In this document: piece after piece, positions 38,640-47,546 of the stretch | Layout of the letters: each line of letters starts with the position of its first letter | How positions within the stretch are numbered: position 1 is the stretch's first letter | Source of the DNA: Blastocatellia bacterium | GTDB taxonomy: Bacteria; Acidobacteriota; Blastocatellia; UBA7656 | NCBI GenBank assembly: GCA_963737945.1 | Contig: CAVTUR010000016.1 | Coordinates: forward strand, 128,317-192,316 | Reading direction: 5' to 3' | DNA: 64,000 nucleotides | Translations under genes and position numbers: made by a program | Notes under the pieces: generated by a model | Databases searched by the model: none | What the model saw: the letters and a program-made list of their open reading frames with translations, nothing else | What the model was told of the DNA's origin: nothing

Positions 38640-39164
38640 TCATCGATGACAAACATAGCAGTCCACGCTCACGCTGCGTGAACGATGGCAGTCCATGCAC
38701 CATCCCATCGTCTGATCCACCTCTCGCCGCACTCGATGCATCTGTCCAACCTGTCCGTGACAAATCGTGCAATCGATTCCCGCCCGAATGTGCGGTTTGT
38801 GGGTGTAGTAAGCGTTCGCTTCGGGTTCGATCCAATAGACGCGACGCCACGGCGGCTGTTCCTTGCGCTCAAAATACTTTGCGAGCTTTTGAACTTCAGG
38901 GCTTTCGGTCTTGATCGACTCGTGGCAACCCATGCACGTGCTGATGTTTGGGATCGTCGCGTGCGAAGACTTGTCCACGTTTTCGTGACAGAACGTGCAT
39001 TCGAGTTGTGGGGCGTCTTCCGATTCTTTAGTCACGTGTTGCCAGTGATCGAACTCGATCGGCTGCTGAGGCGCTTCGGGCTTCCCGGACGCGCGCAACA
39101 ACACCAGCCCGATCACCGAGATCGCAACAATCACGAGCACTGAGAATTTGATCGCTCTTCTCAT
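38640..39164 (-). CDS. actA: ActA-like membrane-anchored pentaheme cytochrome c
   Basis: N-terminal TM anchor plus five CxxCH motifs (CTFCH, CMGCH, CTICH, CMDCH, CYVCH). Confidence 0.8.
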   Translation of the reverse strand: MRRAIKFSVLVIVAISVIGLVLLRASGKPEAPQQPIEFDHWQHVTKESEDAPQLECTFCHENVDKSSHATIPNISTCMGCHESIKTESPEVQKLAKYFERKEQPPWRRVYWIEPEANAYYTHKPHIRAGIDCTICHGQVGQMHRVRREVDQTMGWCMDCHRSRSVSVDCYVCHR

Positions 39165-39360
39165 TCAGCAAGCGCGCAAGAAAAAGCAACGGTGACATCA
39201 GCTAACCAAAGCGTAGAGAACTCCCGCGCAGCAAGGTTCCACGACTTCAAAGGATGTTGGGAGTCCGTGATTATACAGACTAGGACCCCTGTCGAAAAAT
39301 GTTCTTTTGCAGAATCAGGACTTTTCTCGTTGCCCACGAGAGCCCCAGGACGCCGCTTTA

Positions 39361-39452
39361 GTTCAGAGTCCAAGCTTTAGCTTGCGGGAATCGAGCAGGG
39401 AAAGGCCTGGAAGGAAAGCCCCTGGGAGCAAGCTGAAGCAGGACTCTGAACC
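39361..39452. repeat. Imperfect hairpin element GTTCAGAGTCCAAGCTTTAGCTTGC ... GCAAGCTGAAGCAGGACTCTGAAC upstream of actA
   Basis: Shares a 25-nt block (1 mismatch) with 36371-36395. Confidence 0.5.
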
Positions 39453-39593
39453 AAGGTTAACTCATTGGCGCCGGAGCACCGGCGCGCGAGCTAAAAGCGC
39501 GCTCAATCGCACTATGAAAGCGGTTCGAAAACGCGCGGCTTTGCGGCGTGGCGCGAGGGCTGATGCGGTGCAAATGCCTGCATTTTGCGTTGC

Positions 39594-39622
39594 TTGACAC
39601 ACCTAACCCGAGAGTGTAGAGT
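39594..39622 (+). promoter_or_regulatory. Candidate sigma70 promoter for rpsA (TTGACA-N17-TAGAGT)
   Basis: Consensus -35 hexamer, 17-nt spacer and near-consensus -10, about 350 nt upstream of the rpsA start. Confidence 0.45.
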
Positions 39623-39969
39623 TCTGCCTTGCCTTAGAGCATTTATGAAGCGAGGAACACATAGGCGCGTGTACTCAGAGTCCTGTCAAGTTCTCTCTGG
39701 TCAAGGGAGTTCCGCAGCATCAGCTCAACCTTAAGCCCAATTTACCGGGCTCACCTCGTTACTGTGAGCCGGGCGGTGTTCAAGGTAAGCGTCGCAGCGC
39801 GATCGGCGCAAAGACTCTCCTCACGACCGCGTTGACACTCCTACTTCATACCGGCTGAGGCTTGAACGTTAAAGGCCGATCAAGCATACTATGATGCAAC
39901 ACAGTTCAATCGGTCCGGTGACACCATTCCGATGAATTCTAATACGGCAGTTCGGGAGGAGTAGCGTTA

Positions 39970-41964
39970 ATGGCGACAGAGAATGTAAACCAGTCCGGTG
40001 CGAGCGCGGCGGCCGACAGCGCCAAAGAAGAGACCGCCTCGCTCGCCGAGAGCACCGGCCCAGACACCGCAGCGGGAGAGCCCCAGGCTGCGGTCGATGA
40101 AACACAGACGGCTCTCACCGCGGAAGCTACAACCACCGCATCCCCAGAACCGGCACCCGCCGCATCAACTGAACCGGCAAGCCCGGCATCACCTGAACCC
40201 GAGGCCACTGCATCACCTGAACCCGAGGCCGCTGCATCCCCTGAACCGGCAACTGACCCTGAGCCGAGCGGAACCCAGGACTTCAGCGCGATGCTGGATT
40301 CCTACGAGAAGGAAAGCGCGGCCTCCCGCCAGGAGGGCGAGATCGTCCGCGGCATGGTGGTCGGTATCTCGGATCAAAACGTGCTGGTCGACATCGGATA
40401 CAAGTCCGAAGGTGTTGTCGCGCGCGAGGAGTTTCTGGATCACGAGGGCAATCTCACCGTCAAACGCGGTGACGAAGTAGATGTGCTGATCAAGAGCCTC
40501 GAAAATCAGGAGGGCTACGCCATCCTGTCACGCGGCGCGGCGATGCAGGTTCAATCGTGGGAGAGGCTGCGCCACGCTCATCAGACCCACGAGACAATAA
40601 AAGGCCGGGTGATCGAACGCATCAAGGGCGGTCTCAATATTGATCTCGACGGCGTCCCCGCTTTTCTTCCCGGCTCGCAAATAGACATTCGACCCGTTCG
40701 CAACCTCGAAGGTTTCCTCAAGCAGGAGATCGAAGTCCGGGTCATCAAGCTCAACCGCAAGCGCGGCAATGTCGTGGTTTCGCGCAAGGCTGTACTTGAA
40801 GAAGTCTCGGGTAAAAAGAAAGCCGAAACGCTCGCCAACATCGAAGAGAGCGTGGTGCTCGAAGGCGTGGTAAAGAATATCACCGACTACGGCGCGTTTA
40901 TCGACTTGGGCGGAATAGACGGTCTTCTGCACATCATCGATATGAGCTGGGGCCGCATCCAGTCGCCAAACGACATAATCAAGGTCGGCGACGAGATTCA
41001 AGTCAAAGTGCTCAAGTTCGACCGTGAGAAGGAGCGAATCTCGCTTGGCTACAAACAACTTCTTCCGGATCCGTGGCAAAGCGTTGCCGAGCGTTTCCCC
41101 AAGGGCTCGCACGTTCGCGGCAAGGTGGTCAGCCTGACCGACTACGGCGCGTTTATCGAAATCGAGCCCGGCGTCGAGGGGCTAGTCCATGTGACCGAGA
41201 TGACCTGGTCCAAACGGCTGAAGCATCCGTCGAAGCTGCTGTCGATCGGCCAGGATGTCGAAGCGGTCGTGCTCGAAGCCGATCCCCACAGCCGTCGGAT
41301 AAGCCTCGGTCTGAAGCAGGTGAGTCCCGATCCGTGGGAGACGCTGCCGGTGCGCTATCACATCGGCTCGCGGGTTACCGGAAAGGTACGCTCGCTTACC
41401 GATTTTGGAGCTTTTGTCGAAATCGAGGACGGAATAGACGGTCTGGTTCACGTCTCGGACATTTCCTGGACCAAACGAATCAAACACCCGTCCGATGTGC
41501 TCAAGAAGGGACAGCAAGTCGACGCGGTCATAACCAACATCGACGTCGACGGCCGCCGGCTCAGCCTGTCAATCAAAGACCTCGAACCCAACGCCTGGGA
41601 TCGGTTCTTTGACACCCACAAGCTGGGCGATGTGATACAGGGCAAGGCCGTGCGATTCGCAAACTTCGGCGCGTTTATCGAGATCGAGGAAGGCATCGAG
41701 GGTCTCTGTCACGTCTCGGAGTTGAGCGACTCGCGGGTCGAGAAACCCGAGGACGCGGTGAAGATCGGACAGGTACTGCCGTTCAAGATACTCAAACTCG
41801 ATCCCTCGCAGAAGAAGATTGGTCTGTCGGCGCGCGCGGTGGGCAAAGAGAACGATCCCGAAGACGTGCGCTCGTATCACGAGACCGGGTCGGGTATGGC
41901 GACGCTTGGCGACATCGCCAACCTGCTGTCTTCAACCTCCGATAAGAAGGACGAAGAAGACTAG
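39970..41964 (+). CDS. rpsA: 30S ribosomal protein S1 with ~110-aa Pro/Ala/Glu-rich N-terminal extension
   Basis: Six S1 domains (GKVVSLTDYGAFIEIEPGVEGLVHVTE, etc.); acidic low-complexity N-terminus. Confidence 0.9.
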   Translation: MATENVNQSGASAAADSAKEETASLAESTGPDTAAGEPQAAVDETQTALTAEATTTASPEPAPAASTEPASPASPEPEATASPEPEAAASPEPATDPEPSGTQDFSAMLDSYEKESAASRQEGEIVRGMVVGISDQNVLVDIGYKSEGVVAREEFLDHEGNLTVKRGDEVDVLIKSLENQEGYAILSRGAAMQVQSWERLRHAHQTHETIKGRVIERIKGGLNIDLDGVPAFLPGSQIDIRPVRNLEGFLKQEIEVRVIKLNRKRGNVVVSRKAVLEEVSGKKKAETLANIEESVVLEGVVKNITDYGAFIDLGGIDGLLHIIDMSWGRIQSPNDIIKVGDEIQVKVLKFDREKERISLGYKQLLPDPWQSVAERFPKGSHVRGKVVSLTDYGAFIEIEPGVEGLVHVTEMTWSKRLKHPSKLLSIGQDVEAVVLEADPHSRRISLGLKQVSPDPWETLPVRYHIGSRVTGKVRSLTDFGAFVEIEDGIDGLVHVSDISWTKRIKHPSDVLKKGQQVDAVITNIDVDGRRLSLSIKDLEPNAWDRFFDTHKLGDVIQGKAVRFANFGAFIEIEEGIEGLCHVSELSDSRVEKPEDAVKIGQVLPFKILKLDPSQKKIGLSARAVGKENDPEDVRSYHETGSGMATLGDIANLLSSTSDKKDEED

Positions 41965-42017
41965 ACGGCTCAACCATCGAGACATGTGGCTTCGCCGCAA
42001 TCTGGCCTCAGTAGTGA

Positions 42018-42075
42018 CGCGACCCAGAGCCCCGGGTGACGACTCGGACACGCTCCGGGTCGCGTTGTTGTTTTG
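42018..42075 (+). terminator. Candidate rho-independent terminator/attenuator after rpsA
   Basis: CGCGACCCAGAGC ... GCTCCGGGTCGCG stem (1 mismatch) followed by TTGTTGTTTTG. Confidence 0.45.
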
Positions 42076-42086
42076 AGAACACACCT

Positions 42087-42998
42087 ATGAAGAAATTCAA
42101 TCTGACAACTGTCCTGATCGTTGCCGGCTTCGGGTTTGTCTTCTTTGTGGCGATCATCCTGATGGGTGCGCTTGCTCTTTCCGGCGGCGGCGGGTTCATA
42201 GGGCTGGGCGGCGATCGGATTGCCGTAGTGTACCTGGAAGGGGTCATCTTCGATTCGAAAGACATCAACGAACAACTCAAGATGTACGGAGATGATTCGC
42301 GGGTCAAAGCGATTCTGCTGCGCATGGATACTCCCGGCGGCGGAGTCGCCGCGTCACAGGAGATCGCCGATCAAGTGAAGTGGCTCCGCGACGAGAAAGG
42401 CAAGAAGGTCGTGGTATCAATGGGCTCGGTTGGCGCGTCGGGTGGCTACTATATAGCGTGCGCCGCCGACAGGATCTACGCGAACCCGGGGACGATCACC
42501 GGCTCGATCGGTGTGATAGCCGAGTGGGTGAACTACGGCAATCTGCTGAAGTGGGCTCAGATGCAACCGGAAGTCATCAAAAGCGGCGAGTTAAAGGATG
42601 TGGGTTCGCCTACCCGAGCAATCACCCCAAAGGAGCGCGAGTACCTCCAACAATTGATCAATCAGATGTTCGAGCAGTTCGTGAGCGCTGTAGCCGAGGG
42701 TCGCAAGGACCACCTGACACGCGATCAAATCAAACAGCTTTCGGACGGGCGCGTTTATACCGGAGAGGAGGCGCTGCGCGAGAAGCTCATCGACGGGCTG
42801 GGAAATTACGATGCGGCACTAAAGGGGACTGCCGAGCTTGTGGGGATCAAAGGAGAACCGCAAATCGTCACCCCGCCGAAACCTCGTCGCGGTTCGATCC
42901 TCGACCTGCTTACATCAACCGACGTCGGCGGGTTGCTTTCACACAACACGCTTCAGCCACCAGGCTCGACATTGCAGTTTGAATATCTTTGGAAATGA
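42087..42998 (+). CDS. sppA: Signal peptide peptidase SppA (36K type)
   Basis: S49 motifs (SMGSVGASGGYYIACAADRIYANPGTITGSIGV); N-terminal TM. Confidence 0.85.
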   Translation: MKKFNLTTVLIVAGFGFVFFVAIILMGALALSGGGGFIGLGGDRIAVVYLEGVIFDSKDINEQLKMYGDDSRVKAILLRMDTPGGGVAASQEIADQVKWLRDEKGKKVVVSMGSVGASGGYYIACAADRIYANPGTITGSIGVIAEWVNYGNLLKWAQMQPEVIKSGELKDVGSPTRAITPKEREYLQQLINQMFEQFVSAVAEGRKDHLTRDQIKQLSDGRVYTGEEALREKLIDGLGNYDAALKGTAELVGIKGEPQIVTPPKPRRGSILDLLTSTDVGGLLSHNTLQPPGSTLQFEYLWK

Positions 42999-43153
42999 TT
43001 AGTCCGTAGTCCGTAGTCCGTAGTCCGTGGTCCGTGGGTGGTCGGTTGTTTCGCATCTTAGGGCTACGGACTACGGACCACGGACTACTGACTACGGACT
43101 ACGGACTACGGACCACGGACCACGGACTACGGACCACGGACTACGGACTCACG
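42999..43153. repeat. Tandem octamer array GTCCGTAG/GTCCGTGG (~4.5 units), a loop, then ~10 complementary CTACGGAC/CCACGGAC units: asymmetric hairpin between sppA and the HIT gene
   Basis: Seen directly; the track ORF 43034..43633 translates it as LRTTDHGLRTTDYGL, which is not real coding sequence. Confidence 0.7.
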
Positions 43154-43633
43154 ATGGACCACCTTTGGAGCCCCTGGCGTTACAAATACATCGCTTCGAT
43201 TGACCGGGAGGAAGGCTGTGTGTTCTGCCGGATCGATCGGGAGCACAAAGACGCCGAGAACTACGTCGTCCATCGCGCCCGGTTCAATTTCATTCTCCTC
43301 AATCTGTTTCCATACACCAGCGGCCACCTACTGATCGTCCCTTATGAACACCGCGCGTCTTTTGCCGAGGCCGACGAGGCCACAACCTCGGAGATGATCG
43401 AGCTTGCGAAGCAATCTCAGATCGCATTGGAAAGCGAATATCGTCCCGACGGTTTCAACATCGGGATGAATCTCGGACGCAGCGCGGGTGCCGGCGTCGC
43501 GGACCACCTTCACTTGCACGTGGTCCCTCGGTGGACCGGCGACGCGAACTTTCTTTCGACAGTCGGCGAGACTCGCGTGCTGCCGGAAGATCTCGCAACT
43601 ACCCGCGCACGATTACAGAAGCATTTCGCATAA
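43154..43633 (+). CDS. HIT (histidine triad) family hydrolase
   Basis: HLHLHVVPR histidine triad; the Cys-containing segment CVFCRI precedes it. Confidence 0.85.
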   Translation: MDHLWSPWRYKYIASIDREEGCVFCRIDREHKDAENYVVHRARFNFILLNLFPYTSGHLLIVPYEHRASFAEADEATTSEMIELAKQSQIALESEYRPDGFNIGMNLGRSAGAGVADHLHLHVVPRWTGDANFLSTVGETRVLPEDLATTRARLQKHFA

Positions 43634-43640
43634 CTCAACC

Positions 43641-44624
43641 GTGACACGAGTTCATCACAAAACGCTCCTTATCCTCGCATTGGCCGCGGCGCTGGCATCA
43701 TCGACGGAGTCCCAGACTCAACGGCGGGACGAGCAGGACGAACCGTTGAAGCTCAGCACCGAACTCGTGGTCGTTGACGCTCAGGTGCTCGCAAAGAAAA
43801 CCGGCGTGCCGGAGAACGGGCTTACGCAACGCGACTTCGTGGTTTACGAGGATGGGGTCAAACAACAGATAACCCACTTCAGCCAGGATAAATTGCCGCT
43901 ATCGATCGTGTTATTGCTCGATATAAGCGCAAGTGTCACGCCTGTGATACACCAGGTTCGCGACTCGGGTCTCAAAGCATTGAATGAGCTAAAAAGCGGC
44001 GATGAAGTCGCGCTTATGGCCTTTGGGGTTTGGGCCAAGGTGCTTCAGGACTTCACAAAGGATCGGGAGTTGGTTGCCTCACGGGTAGCGGAGATCGAAT
44101 TCATGGGACCCTGGATACGCGAGGGCACTCACATCGACGAAGCTGTCTATGAAGCAGCAACGTATCTTACCAGGGCGTCGAATCCCGATAGCCGCCGGAT
44201 CATTGTCATCGTGACGGACAACCTCTCAAACCAGGAACCCGCGCAAGGTCACTCCGAGCTGGAAGCCATGCAGCAGCTTCACGCGGCGGGCGCGGCCGTT
44301 TGCGGGCTGGTAGTGGGCGATTTCAACGCTGCCGTAGGCGAATACAAGAAGCAAGGGTTGCTACTGAAGGACAGTATTGGTGGTTATCTCGCCGAAACGG
44401 GCGGGATCCTCTCGCAGGTCGATAAGGACGACGTAACCTCGAAACTGGCGCAATTGATCGAACGCCTCCGCAGCCGCTATAGCCTCGGCTATACCTCGCT
44501 CAACGTCAAACGAGACGGCAAATTCCGCAACATTAGACTCAAGGTCTCCCCTGATGTCGAGCGGCATCAGGGAGAGGTTACGATCGTGTCGCGAAAAGGC
44601 TACTATGCGCCCGGGCAGAACTGA
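43641..44624 (+). CDS. Secreted von Willebrand factor A domain protein (acidobacterial VWFA-related type)
   Basis: GTG start; signal peptide; MIDAS context (LLLDISASV). Confidence 0.7.
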   Translation: MTRVHHKTLLILALAAALASSTESQTQRRDEQDEPLKLSTELVVVDAQVLAKKTGVPENGLTQRDFVVYEDGVKQQITHFSQDKLPLSIVLLLDISASVTPVIHQVRDSGLKALNELKSGDEVALMAFGVWAKVLQDFTKDRELVASRVAEIEFMGPWIREGTHIDEAVYEAATYLTRASNPDSRRIIVIVTDNLSNQEPAQGHSELEAMQQLHAAGAAVCGLVVGDFNAAVGEYKKQGLLLKDSIGGYLAETGGILSQVDKDDVTSKLAQLIERLRSRYSLGYTSLNVKRDGKFRNIRLKVSPDVERHQGEVTIVSRKGYYAPGQN

Positions 44625-44747
44625 CGTCTCGCCTTGCGCGCCTGGCAGGGCGCAGTCCGGGTATGGCCTGTAACCTCGCCGAGCACGTCCAGAACGATCG
44701 CACTAGCCGGCGTCTATGCGAATCCGCTCGACGACGCCGCTCGACCT

Positions 44748-47546
44748 TCAGGAACTCGCATTCCCGCCGGAAAGGGCTTCATCAATTACTTTGAGGCATT
44801 GGTCCGGTTGAGTCCGCCACAGGGTGTATGAAAGCGGGATGATCTTCAGACCGGCGCGATGAAACATCTTATATCGTTCCAGCGGGAAGGCCGATTCGTA
44901 CGCGCCCGGATAGCCGACCAGATCGATTCCGCAACTGCGCCCCTTCCTCGCCACTACAATGTCCATTACCATTCCGGCAATCTTGTAGCCTGTCCATGTC
45001 TCGCAGCCGTGGGCTTTCAGGGCGGTCTCGGCCTCGCTGAGAAACCGATCGCGGTGCTCGTTATTCCCGGACGGCACGGATTCTTCTTGAGATTCTTCGA
45101 TGTGATGCAGATAAGCGCGGAGAAGCGACCGGCTGTCCAGTTGCGCCGGATCAAGCGAGATGTAGATTCGCTGGGCCACTCGTGCTCTTGTTATCGATAC
45201 GTTGAAGACATCCGGCTTTTCCAGAAATCGGATCGCAGCCGGGTGTGTAGACGAATCGACCGCCAGCGACAGGTACAATAGGTCCCGTTCTTCTCCTTGA
45301 AATGTATGCGCGGTTCCGATCAGGATGTTGTGTTTCTCGAACACAGCGAGCGGCAACACCTTGGCAAGTTGATCGGCTATATGATCGGCCTGAGCGCGGA
45401 ACGGCGAAAGTATGCCTATCGACCGACGAGACTCCGGTCCCAATGCCTTCTCCGATTCAATCTGCAGCAAGCAGTCTGACACGACCCGATTGGCTTCCAG
45501 TTCGTTCACGCCGAGGCGGTTTCGATGGCCCTCGGCACTGCAGAGGACCAACGAATTCCGAACCACCATACCAGGCTTCTCCGTCATTATTCGCAGAGAG
45601 CCGGCGTAGAATCGTTTATTACTAAACTGGATGATCGGAGGAAGGCTACGGTAGTGCTCGTCGAGGAAGACCACGTGGACTTGTGATGGCAGAACGTCAC
45701 TGACGAAATCCAATATGCTCCGGCCGCGATAGTCGTACCGCTGCTCCTGTCCCGGCTCCAGGCCGTATCTGGCCATGAGTTCCGTCTGTCGGCTGCCTGG
45801 CAAAAACGACAGGTGGCGGAGTTGATTTGGATCGCCGCTGATAACAACCCGGCGAGACCGTTGCAGGATCGGTAGACAGCTCGCGATATCGCACTGCGTT
45901 GCTTCATCGATTATCGCCAGATCGAACAGATCTTTCTTCAGCGGCAACACATCCTGAATATCGGCTAGATTGACCAACCAGATCGGAAGCGCGGTCAACA
46001 GGATCTTGAAGTCGATCTTTCCAAAGAGGTCTTCCTGCTTCACGCCGGTGCGCGCTCGTATGGCGCGGAGAAACGTGCTGAATTGCTCGCGGTGCAGCCC
46101 CAGCGATTCGTCGATTCGGCTGCGATTCAGAACCTGAACCAGCCGGGTTGTCTTACGCACGCGTTGATCGAGCAGGAATTCGAGCCTCTCCAGGAGCTGC
46201 CACGAAGGCGTCAAATGCCTTACTCGATAATCGATGTAAGCACTCAGTATCGTTTGCAGCATGCCGGTCCGCTGCCGGCTGACAACTCGTCCCCAGTTGA
46301 GTTCCCGGGCGTTGCCGCGCTGCAACTGCCGTTCGAGGTGTTCCAGTTCGCGATCCAACACCTTTAGCTCCTTCTCCAGTCGAGCTGGATCAGGGTCTAA
46401 GTCACCCGCTCCAGTATGCATGCCGGAGAGAAGTTGATCGAGATACTGTTTGAGGTCTTTGAGGTATTGTTTTCTCCCGCCGCGAATCGCGCAGCCTTTG
46501 ATCCCCAGCTGTAGCTCGATCTTGTCTCCAACAACATCAACGGCATGATTCATTTTCGAGGCGATGAGAACGGATTGCCGCCGGCTGAGGTGCTCGACCG
46601 CGAGCGCCGCAATCGTAAACGACTTGCCGGTGCCGGGAGGTCCAATCACCAGAGTCAAAGGACTGGTCGCGCCCCGCTCAATGATGGTCTGCTGCGCAGT
46701 GCTGAGCACCGCGGGAACGCGCCCTAATCGTGGCGCTTGTGCGGACTGGTTGAGAGGTAAAGCCGAGAACAGCGCCTGCATCGGTTCGGAGAACAACTCT
46801 TCCTCGGCCATCTCCGACAGCTCATTCACCACGCCCCGGGTCTCAACCGATTTGTTGATGAGCGCCGCCGCTGAGCAGGAAACCGCCAGGAATCGGCCGT
46901 CGTGTTCCCTCACCTGCGAGAACATGCCCTGCAGATCGCGCTGCGAGACCATCCCGGGATACCGGCGAAGAGCGCCGGCATCCATTTCCGGCACCGCTTC
47001 TTCGAGCAGATCCGCGAGCTCAAAGACCTGCACCGCCCCAATCGGTCCCTCGCTGAGTAGCTCTGCTGCTCGCCGGGACAGATTTTTCTGACCGGTGTCT
47101 CCCTCGATCGCATCCAGCAAATGATGGTTGAGGCGCCGAGTCTCAAAATCGGGTTTCAAAAAGGCAAATGGTCGTTGGTCGATGATTTCCGCTGAATGCA
47201 AAAGTAGCGGCGCGCAGATGTATCTTGGCTCCTGTTCGCCCGCCCTTACGCGGCCGAGGATGAAGAGCGAGCAATAGACGAGTTCCTTTTCCTTCTGGTA
47301 AAGATAGGCGGCCTTTTTTGCCTCCAACGCCTCATCGGGGTCGAGCGGGATCTCGGCGAGAAAGCCAGTCAGAAACCGTTCGTCGTCTTCAGTGAAAAGT
47401 CGATGACTGACCGAGGCATGAAAGATATTCCATAGCGTGCTTCTTCGGTTGTCTTCCTCGTAGCAGTCTCTGAAGTACCGAATGATGTTTGGAAGAACCA
47501 TATGAGAGCCGTCGGGCGGGACCCGGGACGGTCTGAGACTAGTCAC
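44748..47546 (-). CDS. Superfamily-1 (Upf1/DNA2-like, AAA_11/AAA_12) helicase fused to a C-terminal DUF559/Vsr-like restriction-endonuclease-fold domain, with ~290-aa unknown N-terminal region
   Basis: Walker A (GPPGTGKSFT), motif II (IIDEATQ), motifs V/VI (ILSPFRAQ, GTAHTFQGEERD); C-terminal 80 aa resemble the DUF559 nuclease fold. Confidence 0.7.
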   Translation of the reverse strand: MTSLRPSRVPPDGSHMVLPNIIRYFRDCYEEDNRRSTLWNIFHASVSHRLFTEDDERFLTGFLAEIPLDPDEALEAKKAAYLYQKEKELVYCSLFILGRVRAGEQEPRYICAPLLLHSAEIIDQRPFAFLKPDFETRRLNHHLLDAIEGDTGQKNLSRRAAELLSEGPIGAVQVFELADLLEEAVPEMDAGALRRYPGMVSQRDLQGMFSQVREHDGRFLAVSCSAAALINKSVETRGVVNELSEMAEEELFSEPMQALFSALPLNQSAQAPRLGRVPAVLSTAQQTIIERGATSPLTLVIGPPGTGKSFTIAALAVEHLSRRQSVLIASKMNHAVDVVGDKIELQLGIKGCAIRGGRKQYLKDLKQYLDQLLSGMHTGAGDLDPDPARLEKELKVLDRELEHLERQLQRGNARELNWGRVVSRQRTGMLQTILSAYIDYRVRHLTPSWQLLERLEFLLDQRVRKTTRLVQVLNRSRIDESLGLHREQFSTFLRAIRARTGVKQEDLFGKIDFKILLTALPIWLVNLADIQDVLPLKKDLFDLAIIDEATQCDIASCLPILQRSRRVVISGDPNQLRHLSFLPGSRQTELMARYGLEPGQEQRYDYRGRSILDFVSDVLPSQVHVVFLDEHYRSLPPIIQFSNKRFYAGSLRIMTEKPGMVVRNSLVLCSAEGHRNRLGVNELEANRVVSDCLLQIESEKALGPESRRSIGILSPFRAQADHIADQLAKVLPLAVFEKHNILIGTAHTFQGEERDLLYLSLAVDSSTHPAAIRFLEKPDVFNVSITRARVAQRIYISLDPAQLDSRSLLRAYLHHIEESQEESVPSGNNEHRDRFLSEAETALKAHGCETWTGYKIAGMVMDIVVARKGRSCGIDLVGYPGAYESAFPLERYKMFHRAGLKIIPLSYTLWRTQPDQCLKVIDEALSGGNASS

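Noticed and set aside
41073-41612. ORF 41073..41612 (+, 179 aa, Arg-rich)
   Set aside because: Alternative frame inside rpsA.
43034-43153. N-terminal extension of the HIT protein (LRTTDHGLRTTDYGL repeats)
   Set aside because: This is the CTACGGAC octamer array; the genuine start is ATG 43154 (MDHLWSPWRYKY).
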